A DNA stretch of 64,000 nt from the human T2T-CHM13v2.0 reference genome, Homo sapiens. The stretch lies in the NCBI RefSeq assembly GCF_009914755.1, contig NC_060937.1. The stretch is one strand, 5' to 3'. Shown in pieces: positions 12,309 to 27,343 of this stretch. The position numbers were made by a program, and so were the translations under genes. The notes beneath the pieces are model-generated. The model was given only the letters and a program-made list of their open reading frames with translations. It did not search any database and was not told where the DNA came from. How positions within the stretch are numbered: position 1 is the stretch's first letter; each line of letters opens with the position of its first letter.

Positions 12309-14454
12309 CATTTTACAACCATCATAGTAATAATGGATTTGGGCAAGAATCATCAATGGACACTAATGGGTAAAATGTTTGATTAAAAAGCATCTCCCCC
12401 ACAGAATCCTTATTATTAATTGACAAGTAAAAAAATTTTATTAACCTTACATTAGAGAAACTTGGAAGACACCATCTTAATCAAGTGATAAGTTAATATC
12501 ACCAGTAATGGGACATATTGACATCTCATGCCTCCTGGTAAAATGCACTGATAGGAACACACTTCTGTGGTATTCCTCCCAAAACACATAATTTATATCT
12601 AACAATAAGAAAACATTAGCCAAACCCAAACTGAGAAATATCCTAAAAATCCCTGTTCAAAAATAACTGGTGCTCTTTGAAAATGTCAAGGCAATGAGAG
12701 AGTAGAAAAGACTAGGAAAACTCCAGATTAAGAGAGACTTAAACATAAACAAATGGATTCGATACAGATCCTAGGCCTAAAGGGGTATTACTGAGATCAC
12801 TGGTGAAATCTGAATGGGGTCTGTGGATTAAATGGTAACAACAGATTGGCATTTATTTCCCAATTTTTATGGTAGCACGGTGGTTATCTAATGGTGTCCT
12901 TGATTTCAGGAAAAATCCAACGAAGCATTAAGGGGGCAGTACAGCATCATGTCTGCAACTTATTTTTAAGTTGTTAAAAAAAATTATAGTAACAAGGAGA
13001 ACTATATTGTGAGAGAATTATAAGGCAAATTTTGCAAAAATGTTAATGAATGTAACATGTGAGTCAAGGGAGTAAGAGTTTTTGTATTATTCTTTCAATG
13101 TTTCTATAAGTCTGAACTTACTCTAAAACAAAAAGGTTTCTTAAATATACTTTAGTTGTCCACAGTATCAGCAGTGCAGTAGCAAAATTATTCCCTTAAA
13201 TTCCTTTAAGTGCTATTCTCATTATAAACTTTTTTTTTTTTTAGAGAATGGAGCTATTTCCAGCTCCTCTACAATACACCGATATACAGTTTTTCAGATT
13301 TGGGACACTAAGAAGTAGCTGATGTCTTTAAAAGTTTGGCAGCTCTCCAGTGGATAACCGACTCTCAGAGAACAGCTAACTCACCAGTAGTAGCTAATTC
13401 CTCTATAAAACAGAGCAAGCTGTTAAGTGCCCTGACCTTCCCAGTGAGAAGTCACTGCTGTTCACTGTGAACTATTTGAAGATGCATTAACTCTTTCTGG
13501 TGGCTGGCAGAGGTCTGTCAAAAGAGTACAGAGTTTTGCCTGATATTACTAAAAATCTGTTTTTTAAAATCCTTTAGATCTGCAATTCTTACAATTGAGG
13601 AAAACATTCTTGGCCAAGAAAATACTCAAAAAGCTACACAAACATGGCAAAAATAAAATCTTCAGGTTCTCCCATCACACCACAATTTTCCAATGTCATA
13701 AACGTCTTTTCCTCATTCTGCTATATCCAATAATTGATATGGTGAACTGCTCTTTCAAGAGACAACTTCCACCTGTTGAATTCTCCTAGTCAAGCTTCCT
13801 TCTTGAAGCATATCACTCTTGTTCATATACCGTTAATTACATTTCCTAGTAACTCCTAGAAACTTATAACTGATAAAACAATAAAGCAAATAAGCATCTC
13901 TATGCTAAAAACAATTCCAAAGGTTTCACTTGAGCAATGCTTATGTTCAATTTTCTCTAGAAACATTTCATTAACTATGCCTTTCAATATTAGCTGCTCC
14001 TGAAATACCCACCTTAATAGCCCAGTCACTTGTAAATGCCCAGTCACTTGTAAATGCCTAAGGATAGAAAAAACAGAAGAGCTCTATCCTAGGTGTATAA
14101 AAAGGGGCAAATCCAATCAATGTCCTCTAAAGCACTTGGAAGTCAGTTTTAGAAAGTCTAGCCAGCAAACCTGTCGCTATGTTCTATAACAATGATAGAT
14201 CTAAAAGGAAGAGACCATGCAAGGCCATAACACACTGAGAATTCAAGTTATAAACAGTAAAACATTATGGAAAACTTTTATAATATTAAGACTTTTCATG
14301 CAGAAACATGGTGTGTCTCTTCACTTATTTTTTAAAGCAGATTAATGTCGACCTCAACGTCTATAGATAAACAGGCTACAAGTCTCTTAGATTCGTATAT
14401 TAGAAAATCTAGAAATAGTTTCCAACAGATACGTATCTATGTAGTCAAAAGGGC

Positions 14455-14612
14455 ATATGATATGAGATAAAAGTATGTCTTGTTTAAGGTAATTTAAGTG
14501 GAAAGCTACATTATTTTAGTGCCAAATATTTTGATATGATAGGAGATAAAAGTATTTCCTGTTTAAGGTAATTTAAGTGGAAAGCTACATTATTTTAGTG
14601 CCAAATATTTTG
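14455..14612. repeat. Tandem duplication, 2 x 79 bp
   Basis: atatgata(t/g)gagataaaagtat...gccaaatattttg occurs twice, with 3 mismatches. Confidence 0.95.
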
Positions 14613-15268
14613 TACAGTATTATGTGGACCATATATTTTGAGAGCAAAGAGCTTAGCTTCTCCAGCTGAAGATAAGCTCAAGCAACATCACTATTAATGC
14701 TTCCCTTTAGAAGTTCTATAAATGTGTTTGCCATAGACAAAATCTCCCGAAAAACTGTCTTGTTCCTTATCCAAGAGGTAATTCCAGTTTATTGATGGCA
14801 ACTTTAAGGAAAATTTGCCACATCTAAATTTCTTTATGCTTCATAACTTATAAAGCATAAAGAAATGCCTCATAACTTCATGTATAAAGTTTTTTATTCT
14901 ATTTATGTTGATTTTGATTCATTTAAGGCCAAGTGTTGTGATAAAATTCATAATTTTTTACTTTTTCACAGTTCAAATGTAATACTTTATCATCTGCCTG
15001 AAGTAAGCCTAATATGCTTGCTCTTTTAAACTTGTGTTCTTTCTCTAATGCAAATCGTATGTTCACTCGGAGATACTGTATTAATTACACAAAATATTAA
15101 GACTGCTATCCAGAGTATTTAACAGAAATTGTAAACCACTATGTTCAAATCTTCATATAAATAGCTAAATAACTCACTTATTCTTGCTTAGAATATATTC
15201 CTCAATCTATGCTTCTTTATTTCAATGACTAGTTTTGCTGTACCCAATGTTTAGAAAAACTGGCAAGG

Positions 15269-15548
<280 letters not shown>

Positions 15549-16189
15549 TTAAAATCTAATATAATAAATGTTTCATTAACATCTGACTATAAACAGTACC
15601 TTTTATGAAAAGATTCTTGTACACTTAATGAGCATAATAATTTTGCAGGACTCTGAGGATAGAACACAATCATTGGACAAGCATTTTTTGATATACTATG
15701 TGTCAGGCACTGGTAATTAAAAAGACGAATAATATAAATATATCAAGGCAGAAATCCCACCTTTACGTAATTCCAAAGAGACACAAAGTCAACAAACAGA
15801 ATAATGCGATAAGTGTTATAACTGGAAAAGAAAAAAAAAGAAGAAGGGTGTTTCAACTAGGGGTGGATTGTATAAAATGAAATGGCTAACTCTTCAAAGG
15901 GGGAGCAGAACCCTGGAGAAGTCTGAGGTTAAGCTGGGCCAGATTATATCATGAAGTGGGCAGTAAGCCAGGCAAAAAACTGGACTTTATCCTTCAAGCA
16001 AAGAGAAAACAGAGGAGGGTTTTAAGCAGTGAAGTAATTGACACAGTTAAATTTTAGAAGGAAAAAAAAACACTGAGCTGTGAAGGACATCAAGACTAGA
16101 CTGAACATGAAGGAATACATATTGAAGAGGGAACCAATTGTTAAGGGCCCTATGTTTATATCACCATATTTATTTTTACTATTTTTTAA

Positions 16190-16501
16190 AAAAAAAATTA
16201 TAGAGATAGGGTGTCACTGCATGCCCAGGCTGGCATGCAGTGGTGTGATAATGGCTCACTGTAACCTTGAGCTCCTAGGCTCAAGGGATCCCCCCAGCTT
16301 AGCCCCCTGAGTAGACAGGGCTACAGGCCCGTACCAGCACACCCAGCTACTTTGGGTTTTATTTGTTTCTTTTTTTTTTTTTGTAGAGACAGGGTCTCAT
16401 TATGTTGTCCAGGCTGGTTTCAAACTCCTGGCCTCAAGTGATTCTCCTGCCTCAGCCTCCCAAACTGCTGGGATTACAAATGTGAGCCACTGCACCAGAC
16501 C
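16190..16501 (-). mobile_element. AluJ
   Basis: Reverse-complement dimer with J diagnostics. Confidence 0.88.
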
Positions 16502-16605
16502 ATCACCATATTTTAATATTAATTTATAAAAATTCAGTGAACATTTACCTTCTTTCAGGCTGGTGCTGTGCTAAATGCTATGTGATTTTTTTAAAAAAGA
16601 GGACA

Positions 16606-16917
<312 letters not shown>

Positions 16918-18167
16918 TTAGTGCCTTTGAAATATATGAAACTATAGAATTCTATTAAAAAAACATGTAAAATGTTTACAATGTAAGCAGCTTTCTACTT
17001 TAAGGGACTCATCTGGAAACCATATCTTCAAGAATAGGAACCAAAAAAAAGAAACCTAATTATTATGTGTATACTTTTTGAATATCTAATCAATCTCGAA
17101 AAATTAAAAAGGAAATTGTATTCTTACCAAAAAAATTCAAATAGTTTCCCCCCTTGAGTAACTTAAAAGCACTATATTTTTAATATCTCTAAAAAGATTA
17201 CTTTTGAAATCTAAAAATATGATTTTTTATCTTCCATAGCCCAGGAACGTCTATGCACATGTATAGATTGCACACAGCACCTATAGAGTTGGAAAACTAA
17301 GTAGTCATAAAATTTTGAACCAATTTAAAACTGCATGATCTAACAGGATCAGTTAACTCAGAAACAGAATGACAACCCTTCAGCCTTCCCCAGTCCTGCC
17401 AGTAAAATCAGTAACTTCATTCTCTCTGTTCCCATTACAGTACCCCAACTCCGAATTACAGCAACCATCACAGTCTGATCTACATTACAACTTAATTGTA
17501 TACATGTCTGTTTTACCTCTAAGAAGACAAATTAGACTCTGTAACACTTCTTTGTATCCAATGGCATGGTGTAGCTGCACTCAATGTTTATGCTCAATTA
17601 ACGTGCTGAAGACAACTAAGCTTAAAGCACTTAATTAAAATGAGTAGTCATAATTTCCATTTCAGAGCTACTCAAATAATGGTTTCAGAAAACATTTGGG
17701 CAATTTATAAACATCATAATATATACTATGTATGTACTCTTTTTAACCTCCTCAATAATATAGGGTAACCTCAAAAGAAAAATGTTACATCTCAAAGAGG
17801 AGGGAGTGGTATTTAGTTAGTTTCTGGCAAATGCTCTTTTACAGTTAACATCTTAAAACCTCAGTTTCTTCATCTGTGAAATTAGGCTAATAACAAAACT
17901 TACCACAGAATCATTTTAGAACTAAGTTTTTTTAAGTGTTCAGAGGAGAATCTAGCAAATAACCAGTTCTCAATAAACATTAGTGGGGTTTATTATGATG
18001 ATTATTTTTAAGATTCTAATAACAATAATGAAATAAAACAATGCTATGAATATCCCAAAACAGAAAACAAATTCAAAATCACTTAAATTTTGTTCTGGAA
18101 TCATATAGTCTAAAACTAACATTTAAGTTTGAGTGTCAGGGATTTGGTAGGGGAAAAAAAAACATTC

Positions 18168-18554
<387 letters not shown>

Positions 18555-18617
18555 CTAAAAACAGAATCACCACTTAACCTGAAGAAAGGCACCAAAGGTG
18601 ATAAACTGCTACATGTA

Positions 18618-18712
18618 TCATTGCTCTGTTTATTTTATGAAGTTTATTGTAGCTCCTCTGGGCTTCATTGCTCTGTTTATTTGATGAAGTTTATCGTAGC
18701 TCCTCTGGGCTT
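18618..18712. repeat. Tandem duplication, 2 x 47 bp
   Basis: tcattgctctgtttattt(t/g)atgaagtttat(t/c)gtagctcctctgggct occurs twice. Confidence 0.95.
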
Positions 18713-19754
18713 AGGCAAGTAATTAGTTACTTCAGTTTAGAGGCCCCCAGCTGGATGCAGCCAGATGCACAAGTGAATGCCAACAGCGGCTAGGACATTT
18801 CACTGACAAATAACTGCACAACTACTTTTTTCCCTGTAGAGGTTAGCTATGAAGAATGAAAAGGCAAGAATTGTCACAGAGTTTCTAAAGGAACATAAAA
18901 ATAAGAATTAGAAACACAAAAGTACCTAGACTGAGCAGATATCTCATTTCATGTGTTTGAGTATTTTTGTTATAATCCCCTGAAAGTATTCCATACAGCA
19001 TTAAATAATGCAAAAATTTAATTATATCTAAATCAAAGCACACTGCCAAGTGTGGGTAAGATCAGGGAAATTGTTGGACGAGTTCTCATCATAACACGTC
19101 TAGAATATACAGAGGGGCTGGGATTCCCTAGCAGATAATAAAACACCTATCAAACACTGCCTTCCAGGCACCCTTCTAACGCAGAACATACAGCTGACAC
19201 AGCAGTCAGAAGAGACGTCCCACCTTCCCTGTCTCTACATCCGTGATTCTCAAAGAAAGAAAAAGGAAGAATGTCAATCCAAACTAACAGGGAGGCTTTT
19301 TCCAGTCAACTTCGCTTTCCTTCACCTTAAAGGGACAATAGATTCCCCTGAGAACACTGTCCTGTATCTGCCACCAAGCCCTGTCCCTACTCAGAATCAC
19401 AGCTACCACAACTGCAGAGACCAGGAAAAGCCAAGGTGAATGTTTAACATGGTCTTCCACCTACCTTGCCAAGCACTTAACGACTACCAGCTACTTTGAA
19501 ATCCAAGTACTGGGAATCAGAAGAAGATACAGACGTGACAACAGGATAACTTTCATAGTCTTCTTAAAGCATTTTATAAGCAGATAGTAGAAAAAAATAT
19601 CCATCTGAAAAAAAAAAAGCTGTAGATGCTAGGGTAACAGAGGACAAAGGCAAAGTAACTGCTGATATTGGATATACCCAAAAGCTAAAGAACATACATT
19701 TAGTTGTGGAGGGAAAGGTGGAAAAATGTAGCTGTAAGAAGCAAATGATACAAT

Positions 19755-20055
19755 TCTTTTTTCTTTTTTAAGATAAAGTCTTGTTCTGTTGCGAAAGCGG
19801 AGCGCAGTCAGGTGTCATCATAGCTCACTACAACTTTGAACTCCTGAGCTCAAGAGATCCTTCCACCTCAGCCTCCTGTATAGCTGGGACTACAGGCACT
19901 CACCACCATTCACCACCATGCTCGGCTCATTGAGGTATTTTTGTAGAGTCTTGTTTTGTTGCCCAGACTGGTCTCAAACTCCCAGCTTTGAGCGATCGCC
20001 CCTCTTTGGCCTCCCAAAGGGCTGGGACTACAGGCTTGAGCCACCTTTCCTGGCC
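19755..20055 (-). mobile_element. AluJ (diverged)
   Basis: Reverse-complement dimer. Confidence 0.85.
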
Positions 20056-20524
20056 TCTAACTCTTTAGTAGAAAATTAAATGCTGTGATCATAATTTAGA
20101 TAAGATAATAATAAAGTCCAAGGGAATGGAAAAAACAAGGTGATCAAAAGTTTAATAATTTCACATTATAAATAAGACATTGTTGTTCATGTTTCATGTC
20201 TTTTGGTGTTACTGCACACCCTGATGAAATCTGGAATCCTGGATTTAAAACAACAATGGTACATTCTCCAGCTTTTCTGTAAGCCACCTTAACACTTACA
20301 AAACAACTCAAAGGACAACGAGTAAATAAAAGACAATACCCCTGGCTCTGGGGTTGATCATTTATCACTGCAGTCTGGATGTTTGTTCATAAACCTGTAT
20401 TTCAAATTCTGTGTTGGTGGTGTGTTAATATTTTATTTTATAATATAAATTAATCATGACCCATGGGTCTACATTTCTCTACTTTTTATTTCAATATTGG
20501 AAAAAATGATATTAATGGCTTTCA

Positions 20525-20750
20525 TTTATTAATTGCTTACTATGGGCCAGCCAGTTTTCTAGGCATTTTATGTACATTACATCATTTACCCTCATAAAAT
20601 CTATAAGAATAGCTATATTAATCTCAATTTTCCAAATAACACCCCCAAAAAAGTCACTCGCCCAAGGTCACAGACACTTAACCATTGGAAGAGTCAAGTG
20701 TTAGCCCCAGGACAAGATGAACCCTAAAGCCCATGCTTTTTCCTCATACT
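20525..20750 (-). mobile_element. MIR remnant
   Basis: cccaaggtcacaga core and catttattaattgcttactatg end. Confidence 0.6.
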
Positions 20751-23128
20751 ACACCGAAACTGGAATTTTCTAATAATATCACGCAGACACCAGAGAAGAT
20801 AATCACACAGGTAACTGCTATTTCTTAGTTTTACATATTAACAGAAATTTAAATAATCTATGTGTATATACTGTACATCACTCTATTCCATACAACACAT
20901 AGAACAGTGCATGGAACTATTCTCAAAAATACTCAAGTGGTTATTGAATAATTAATGTCTCAAAATATCTAGAACAGCACATTTCCTTGTCTACATGACA
21001 CACTGGGCTTGTTGTAGATACTCAAATATGAATTAGCTATAGACCTTGGGCACATTATTTTCTCATTTGCACCAAAAATATAACATCATCTATTGTTGTA
21101 TTTTCCTCAGAAACCACTCTAAGAATCCACTGAGATCGTATATGCAAAATCCTTTCTAAACTGTAAAATCTTCTATAAAATAAGGTCATGGAGCACTAAA
21201 ATCAACAATCTCACCCAGAGTAAAATGTAGCAGTGGTAATACTAGTTTCATCTAATTTGTTATCTGTTACTGGTATAAAAGGAAAGAAAAAAATTCATAT
21301 TGGCAAAGCTTACAATTTACCAACATGTGACATACATTGATTTAAGATAGAAAATGTTTCAAGTCTAAATGTTATTTACCATTCACACTACTCCCTAAAA
21401 AAATGTAAGCAAATCAAAAGTTGTGCAATATTGCTGGAAAACACTTTACTATCATATTCATAATCTGATGATTGCCGATTCAACAAGCCTGAGTCACAGC
21501 CTAGACATTTTTGTTTTTAAAAAGTTATTTCGGATAATTTTAAGTTACAGAGCAGCTGGTTTTATTTGATTTATGTGCTGGTATTCTCTGAAAGACATCT
21601 TTTGAAAAAAAATTCTCTGAGCTCCAGAACCAGGCTGGTTTGGAAACCGCTGGCCTAACAGAATGTTTAAGTATTTTTGACATAAGCTGAGCAGCGGAAA
21701 ATGATACTGGAACATAAGTAGTAGCAGGGGAGACAGACAGTTCACATGGCAGAGGGGAGATTAATTTTCTCTCCAAACACCACAGTGAAAATGAGAAGAA
21801 TGTAATATGATTGTTTCATGCTACCCATATGCTATTTGCTGGAATTATGCTGCACTTTAAAAAATTTAGGTAAAATTCTTATAGAGTGAACTATTTTAAA
21901 TAAAGGAGACGATTCCGTAGCTTTTAGAACATTCGTAATGTTGTGCAAGCATCACCTCTATCTAGTTCCAGAACACTTTCATCACTGTGTTGTACTTTTA
22001 AATTTATTTATGGAGTTTATTTGTGCTGTGCTTCTTTCTAAAAAAAGCTTGGGAGTGGCTTCTCATTAAGGCTATTAATAAAATAGAAATGGAAGATCAG
22101 AACCAAGGAAAGGAGAAAGAAGCTAACATGAAATCAACATGTGTTAACGTAGTTTTTATTCAACATTAGGTTTGACACTTAAGCTTTCCAGCAACAGAGC
22201 ATAAAGGTACATCTGATAAATTATCCAAAAGCAGAGAATAATTCCAGCACCTCAGTGGAAACAGTTTTTCTTGACACTGAATTCTAAATGAAATTTCTCA
22301 ATTGGGACTTGATGTGACATTGAACAACCGCAGTTTCACAGCGTATACTGAAGCATTTGTAATATGGCTTTTTCTGTAATAACCTTCAATAAAAGCAGAT
22401 TTTAGAGGTAGCAAAACTATAAATATTTGACCTCTACTACTAGGTTGATCTCAAATTAGTCCATATAATTTTTTTTTTTAACAAACAGGTGAAGTAAGAG
22501 ATTGCAAGGAAGCCCTTAAAATGTCCCATCAGCAGGAATTGTGGTGGCCAAGGAAGCACCCTCAGCAGGACCTGAGGGGGTGGGAACAGGTTGTGCCAGG
22601 GATATGTTTTGCAGTTAAGGGTGGAATATTATAGATTGAAGGCTAAGATCTTTTTATATATTAGGCAACAAAGTGTAGGTGTTACAAAATAAAAGCCTCA
22701 CTGTGCACAAAGATATACAACTGTTGCACGTGGTTACAGGAGTTACTTTTAGTCGGTGGACTTGATGGGTGACAAATGTAGAAATAACTGGAGGATATTT
22801 ATAGGGAGAAAGTATTTAGTAGATTTGGTAAACTTATATCAACGGTAGAAGTATGGAAGGATTAAGGTAGATTTTTATTGGTTCTATACTCCTATTTTCA
22901 AGTTGCTGTTGCTAAAGATTTTCATAATTTGCAGTGCAACTAGCAGTTTATGCGAGTTCCAGTTTCATTACATACTTGTAAGCCCTAGGTGTAATCATTA
23001 ACACTTTCTTCTAATATAAATGCTAAAACAGATTCTTATTGTTACTTATATTTTCATAGATGAGGATACTGAAGGCTGCGATGCTGTAGGGACATCAGAT
23101 CATAAGCTGATGGGCATGCATAGTGTGA

Positions 23129-23129
<1 letters not shown>

Positions 23130-23166
<37 letters not shown>
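23130..23166. repeat. (TG)n microsatellite
   Basis: About 18 TG units. Confidence 0.95.
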
Positions 23167-23167
<1 letters not shown>

Positions 23168-23168
<1 letters not shown>

Positions 23169-23750
23169 AGGCCACTGACCAGTACTGTTTATATATATAT
23201 ATGCACACATATACGTATACTTTATATACACACACACACATATATAAAAACAGTACTGGTCAGTGACCTGTTAGGACCTAGGCGTCACAGCAGGAGGTGA
23301 GCGGCAGGTGAGGTAGCAAACCTTTATCTGTATGTACAGCCACTCCCTATCTCTCACATTACTGCCTGAGCTCTACCTCCTGTCAGATCAGCAGCAGCAT
23401 TAGATTCTCATAGCAGCAAGAACCCTATTGGGAACTGTGCATGTGACGGATCTAAGTTGCAGGCTCCTTATGAAAATCTAATGCTTGATGATCTGTCACT
23501 GTCTCCCATCATGCCTAGATAGGGCTGTCTAGTTGCAAAAAAACCAGCTCAGGGTTCCCACTGACTCTACATTATGGTAGGTTATATAATTATTCCATTA
23601 TATATTAAAATGTAATAATAATAATAGAAATAAAGTGCACAATAAATGTAATGCTCTTGAATCATCCCAAAACCATCCCCGCCACCAGTCCACAGAAAAA
23701 TTATCTTCCATGAAACCTCTTCCTGGTGCCAAAAAGGTTGGGGACTGCTG
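23168..23750 (+). mobile_element. MER1A (hAT-Charlie), left terminus missing
   Basis: cacagcaggaggtgagcggc...cattagattctcatag...ggtgccaaaaaggttggggactgctg. Confidence 0.88.
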
Positions 23751-23957
23751 TTCTACAGTGACTACTTTAATCACTCTTGTATTCATGCTGTCTTCTACAG
23801 GGTCTTCATTGGAGTAAATGCTTAATAAAAGTTTACTGAATGAACGAACAAGTGAATGAGCTGGGACAGAGGTCTCTTTCTTTCAAGTTGGATGCAGTGT
23901 TTTTACATTGCATTTATGTGAAAATTTGTTTCCCATGTTTTAAAAAACACTTTATGG

Positions 23958-24255
<298 letters not shown>

Positions 24256-24773
24256 TTATGCTCTGTAGTGAACATATTAATTAAAATGAGTATTTTATAC
24301 GGTGTTTTTAACCAAACACCGTAGATGAATGGCTAAAAATCTAACCCCTAAAGCATGTGAAATGAGTAGACTTATTAAAAAAGAAACAAAATATTTTAGT
24401 AATGAGAAAGTAAATCAATATATACAAATAGGCAGTTTTCTGTAATTGACCTAATATACTTCCCCAGGTCATGTTTAGTAAATAATAAACTTTAGCAACT
24501 GCTTCTTTAAAAATGAATGAAACCAGTCTTTGAAATTATAGCAGATTATGTGAAATTTTATAAAAGCTGCTCCAGTTATTGCCTCCTAAAATGTGAAAGT
24601 GACACTCATAGCAGTTTTTGAAATTCACATACACAAAGGGGAGAATCATGTATATGCATTCACATATTTGACTTATATATATATATAATTATATACATAT
24701 CTGATGATAATTATATATCAATCACACTTACATTACCTAATATTAACACATATAATACTAACGTGTGTTGTAT

Positions 24774-25165
24774 ACAGTAATCCCCCCGTGTCCTCAGGGA
24801 TATGCTCTAGGACCCCCAGTGGATGCCTAAAACTGCAATATTATTGAATATTATTGAACCATATGTGTGTGTGTATATATGTGTGTATATATATGTATAC
24901 ACACACATATATATATTGAACCATATGTGTGTATACACACACACACAATTTTTTTTCTTATACGTACATACCTATGACGAAGTTTAATTTATGTTAGGCA
25001 CAGTAAGAGATTAACAATAACAACTAATGATAACATTGAACAACTGTAACAATATACTGTAATAAAAGATGTGACTGTGGTCTCTCTCTCAAAATATCTT
25101 ATTGTATGCAATATTTTTGGACCACGCTTGACCACAGGTAACTGAAACCTGAAAGTGAAACTGCA
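24774..25165 (+). mobile_element. MER44A/Tigger7-type DNA element with internal TA/CA microsatellite
   Basis: cagtaatcccccc...gacccccagtggatgcct...ttaggcacagtaagagattaacaata. Confidence 0.8.
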
Positions 25166-25217
25166 ACACACACACACACACACACAGACGCGCACACACA
25201 CAGTTTTAACATACATA

Positions 25218-25561
<344 letters not shown>

Positions 25562-25656
25562 TAGGAGTAGACTGCCAGTGGTACCGTGGGGTCCTATGGA
25601 TGATTCCAAATAAATGAACTCTGATACATTTTATATTGTTTTGTGTGGATACACAC

Positions 25657-25825
25657 AAATATGCAGAATAAACCTCACAGAAGCTGATAGGAATTTTAAT
25701 GGATTTGAAAATGATTTTCTTGAAATTTTGCTTATTTTTGGCAGAAAAGACTAAAACCTACCATTGCCAACATTTTTATAAATGTAATTTTATGGGTTTA
25801 TTAAACCTGTATTTATTGAGCCCTA
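25657..25825. repeat. Inverted duplication, copy 1 (partner 28568-28736)
   Basis: 169 bp, reverse complement of 28568-28736 with 3 mismatches. Confidence 0.95.
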
Positions 25826-26199
25826 CTTTACCTCACAGTGGCCATAGTTGCCATTCATTTCTTTTAATTGTTTTCCTTGTTTTTCTTCATTATGATGCGG
25901 TGTCAGAATTTCCGTTTTCCTCCAGAGGTGTACTTCATTTAGTGTAATAGCAACATTCCTGACACGTGTTATGTTTCAGATGTTACTGTTGCCTTTTCAT
26001 TTGCTTTATACTTTCAAAAAAAGCCCTTTAGTATTAAGTCTTTTGATAGCAACTTTGACATTTATTTAAGTTTTATCACACCCATACGGATACATGCAGA
26101 TATGTTTTCTGGCTTTTTTTCCAGGAAATTTCAAATAGAAAGGACGAAATTGGTAACTTTGACCTCTTTTTATAAGTGTATAACACTGTGATCAATACT

Positions 26200-26645
26200 C
26201 TAATTTTCCTCCTGGAGCATCGGTTTGTGACAATATGCAGAGAATACTGCCAGCCAGGTAAGCCCACCAGAACCTAAGTGTCTGGAGTTTGTATTGAGGC
26301 TTCCTTAAATAGGCATGATTAATTGAGTCATTAGACATATGGTTGAACTCAATCTTCAGCCCTTCCCACCTCCCCAAAGGTCAGGCTGATATCACCTGGT
26401 GGCCCCAAGCCCCACCTTTAATCACATGGTTAGTCTTTCTAGCTTGGCCATTCTCCATTCTCAGTCCTCTTATTAGCATAAACTATCTAGGGCCCACTGT
26501 GAGCCCCCTCGTTAGCATAAACTATCAAGTGTAGTTTGAGGGTCCCACCATGAATAACAAAGATACTCCTATCAATAGGAAGAGTCCAGGGATTTAGAAG
26601 TTACCACTCAGGAGCTAGGACAAAGGCCAGCCAAATTCTTTTCAA
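26200..26645 (-). mobile_element. MER21-family LTR fragment
   Basis: ttagcataaact repeats, atgaataacaaagatactcctatca, ggttgaactcaatcttcagccc. Confidence 0.7.
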
Positions 26646-27127
26646 GCGTCCTTCTATTTCCCCCAAAAGTATAGTATGTCTTATTTTATTAGGTGCCTGC
26701 AAAATTGATCTATTACCATTTCTTTACCGTATTTGCATTGCAGTGCGCATGAAGAGCTCTTAATTCAGAACTTTTCTCTGCCACTAATTATGTGGTTTGG
26801 GTAAATCACTTAACTTGTTTGAGACTCACTTTTCTTGTCCATAAGATGGAGTGAATAGTACCTACTTATTAGAGCGAAAAAAAGTGCCTCGCAGTGTCTG
26901 CACATAAAAGGTGCTCTATAAAATAATAACTATTATTATTATGTGCATCTTTTTCTTGTAATCAAATGCTGTATTTAAGAGTCAGTAGATAATTTTTTTC
27001 TGTTACTTATTAAGCATACATTCTAGGACTGTTTTCATTTAACTTGGCTATTTGTAATATAGATATGTAATATTACATATTTTGTTAAATATATAACATA
27101 TATATTAATATTTATAATACATATTTT

Positions 27128-27343
<216 letters not shown>

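Larger units (their letters stand above)
11230..13130 (+). mobile_element. Old L1MC/L1MD-type 3' region interrupted by THE1 and AluJ
   Basis: Motifs ctagaagctatgacacccagtggcaa and ttctaaataccattctccactaaaa. Degenerate. Confidence 0.65.
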
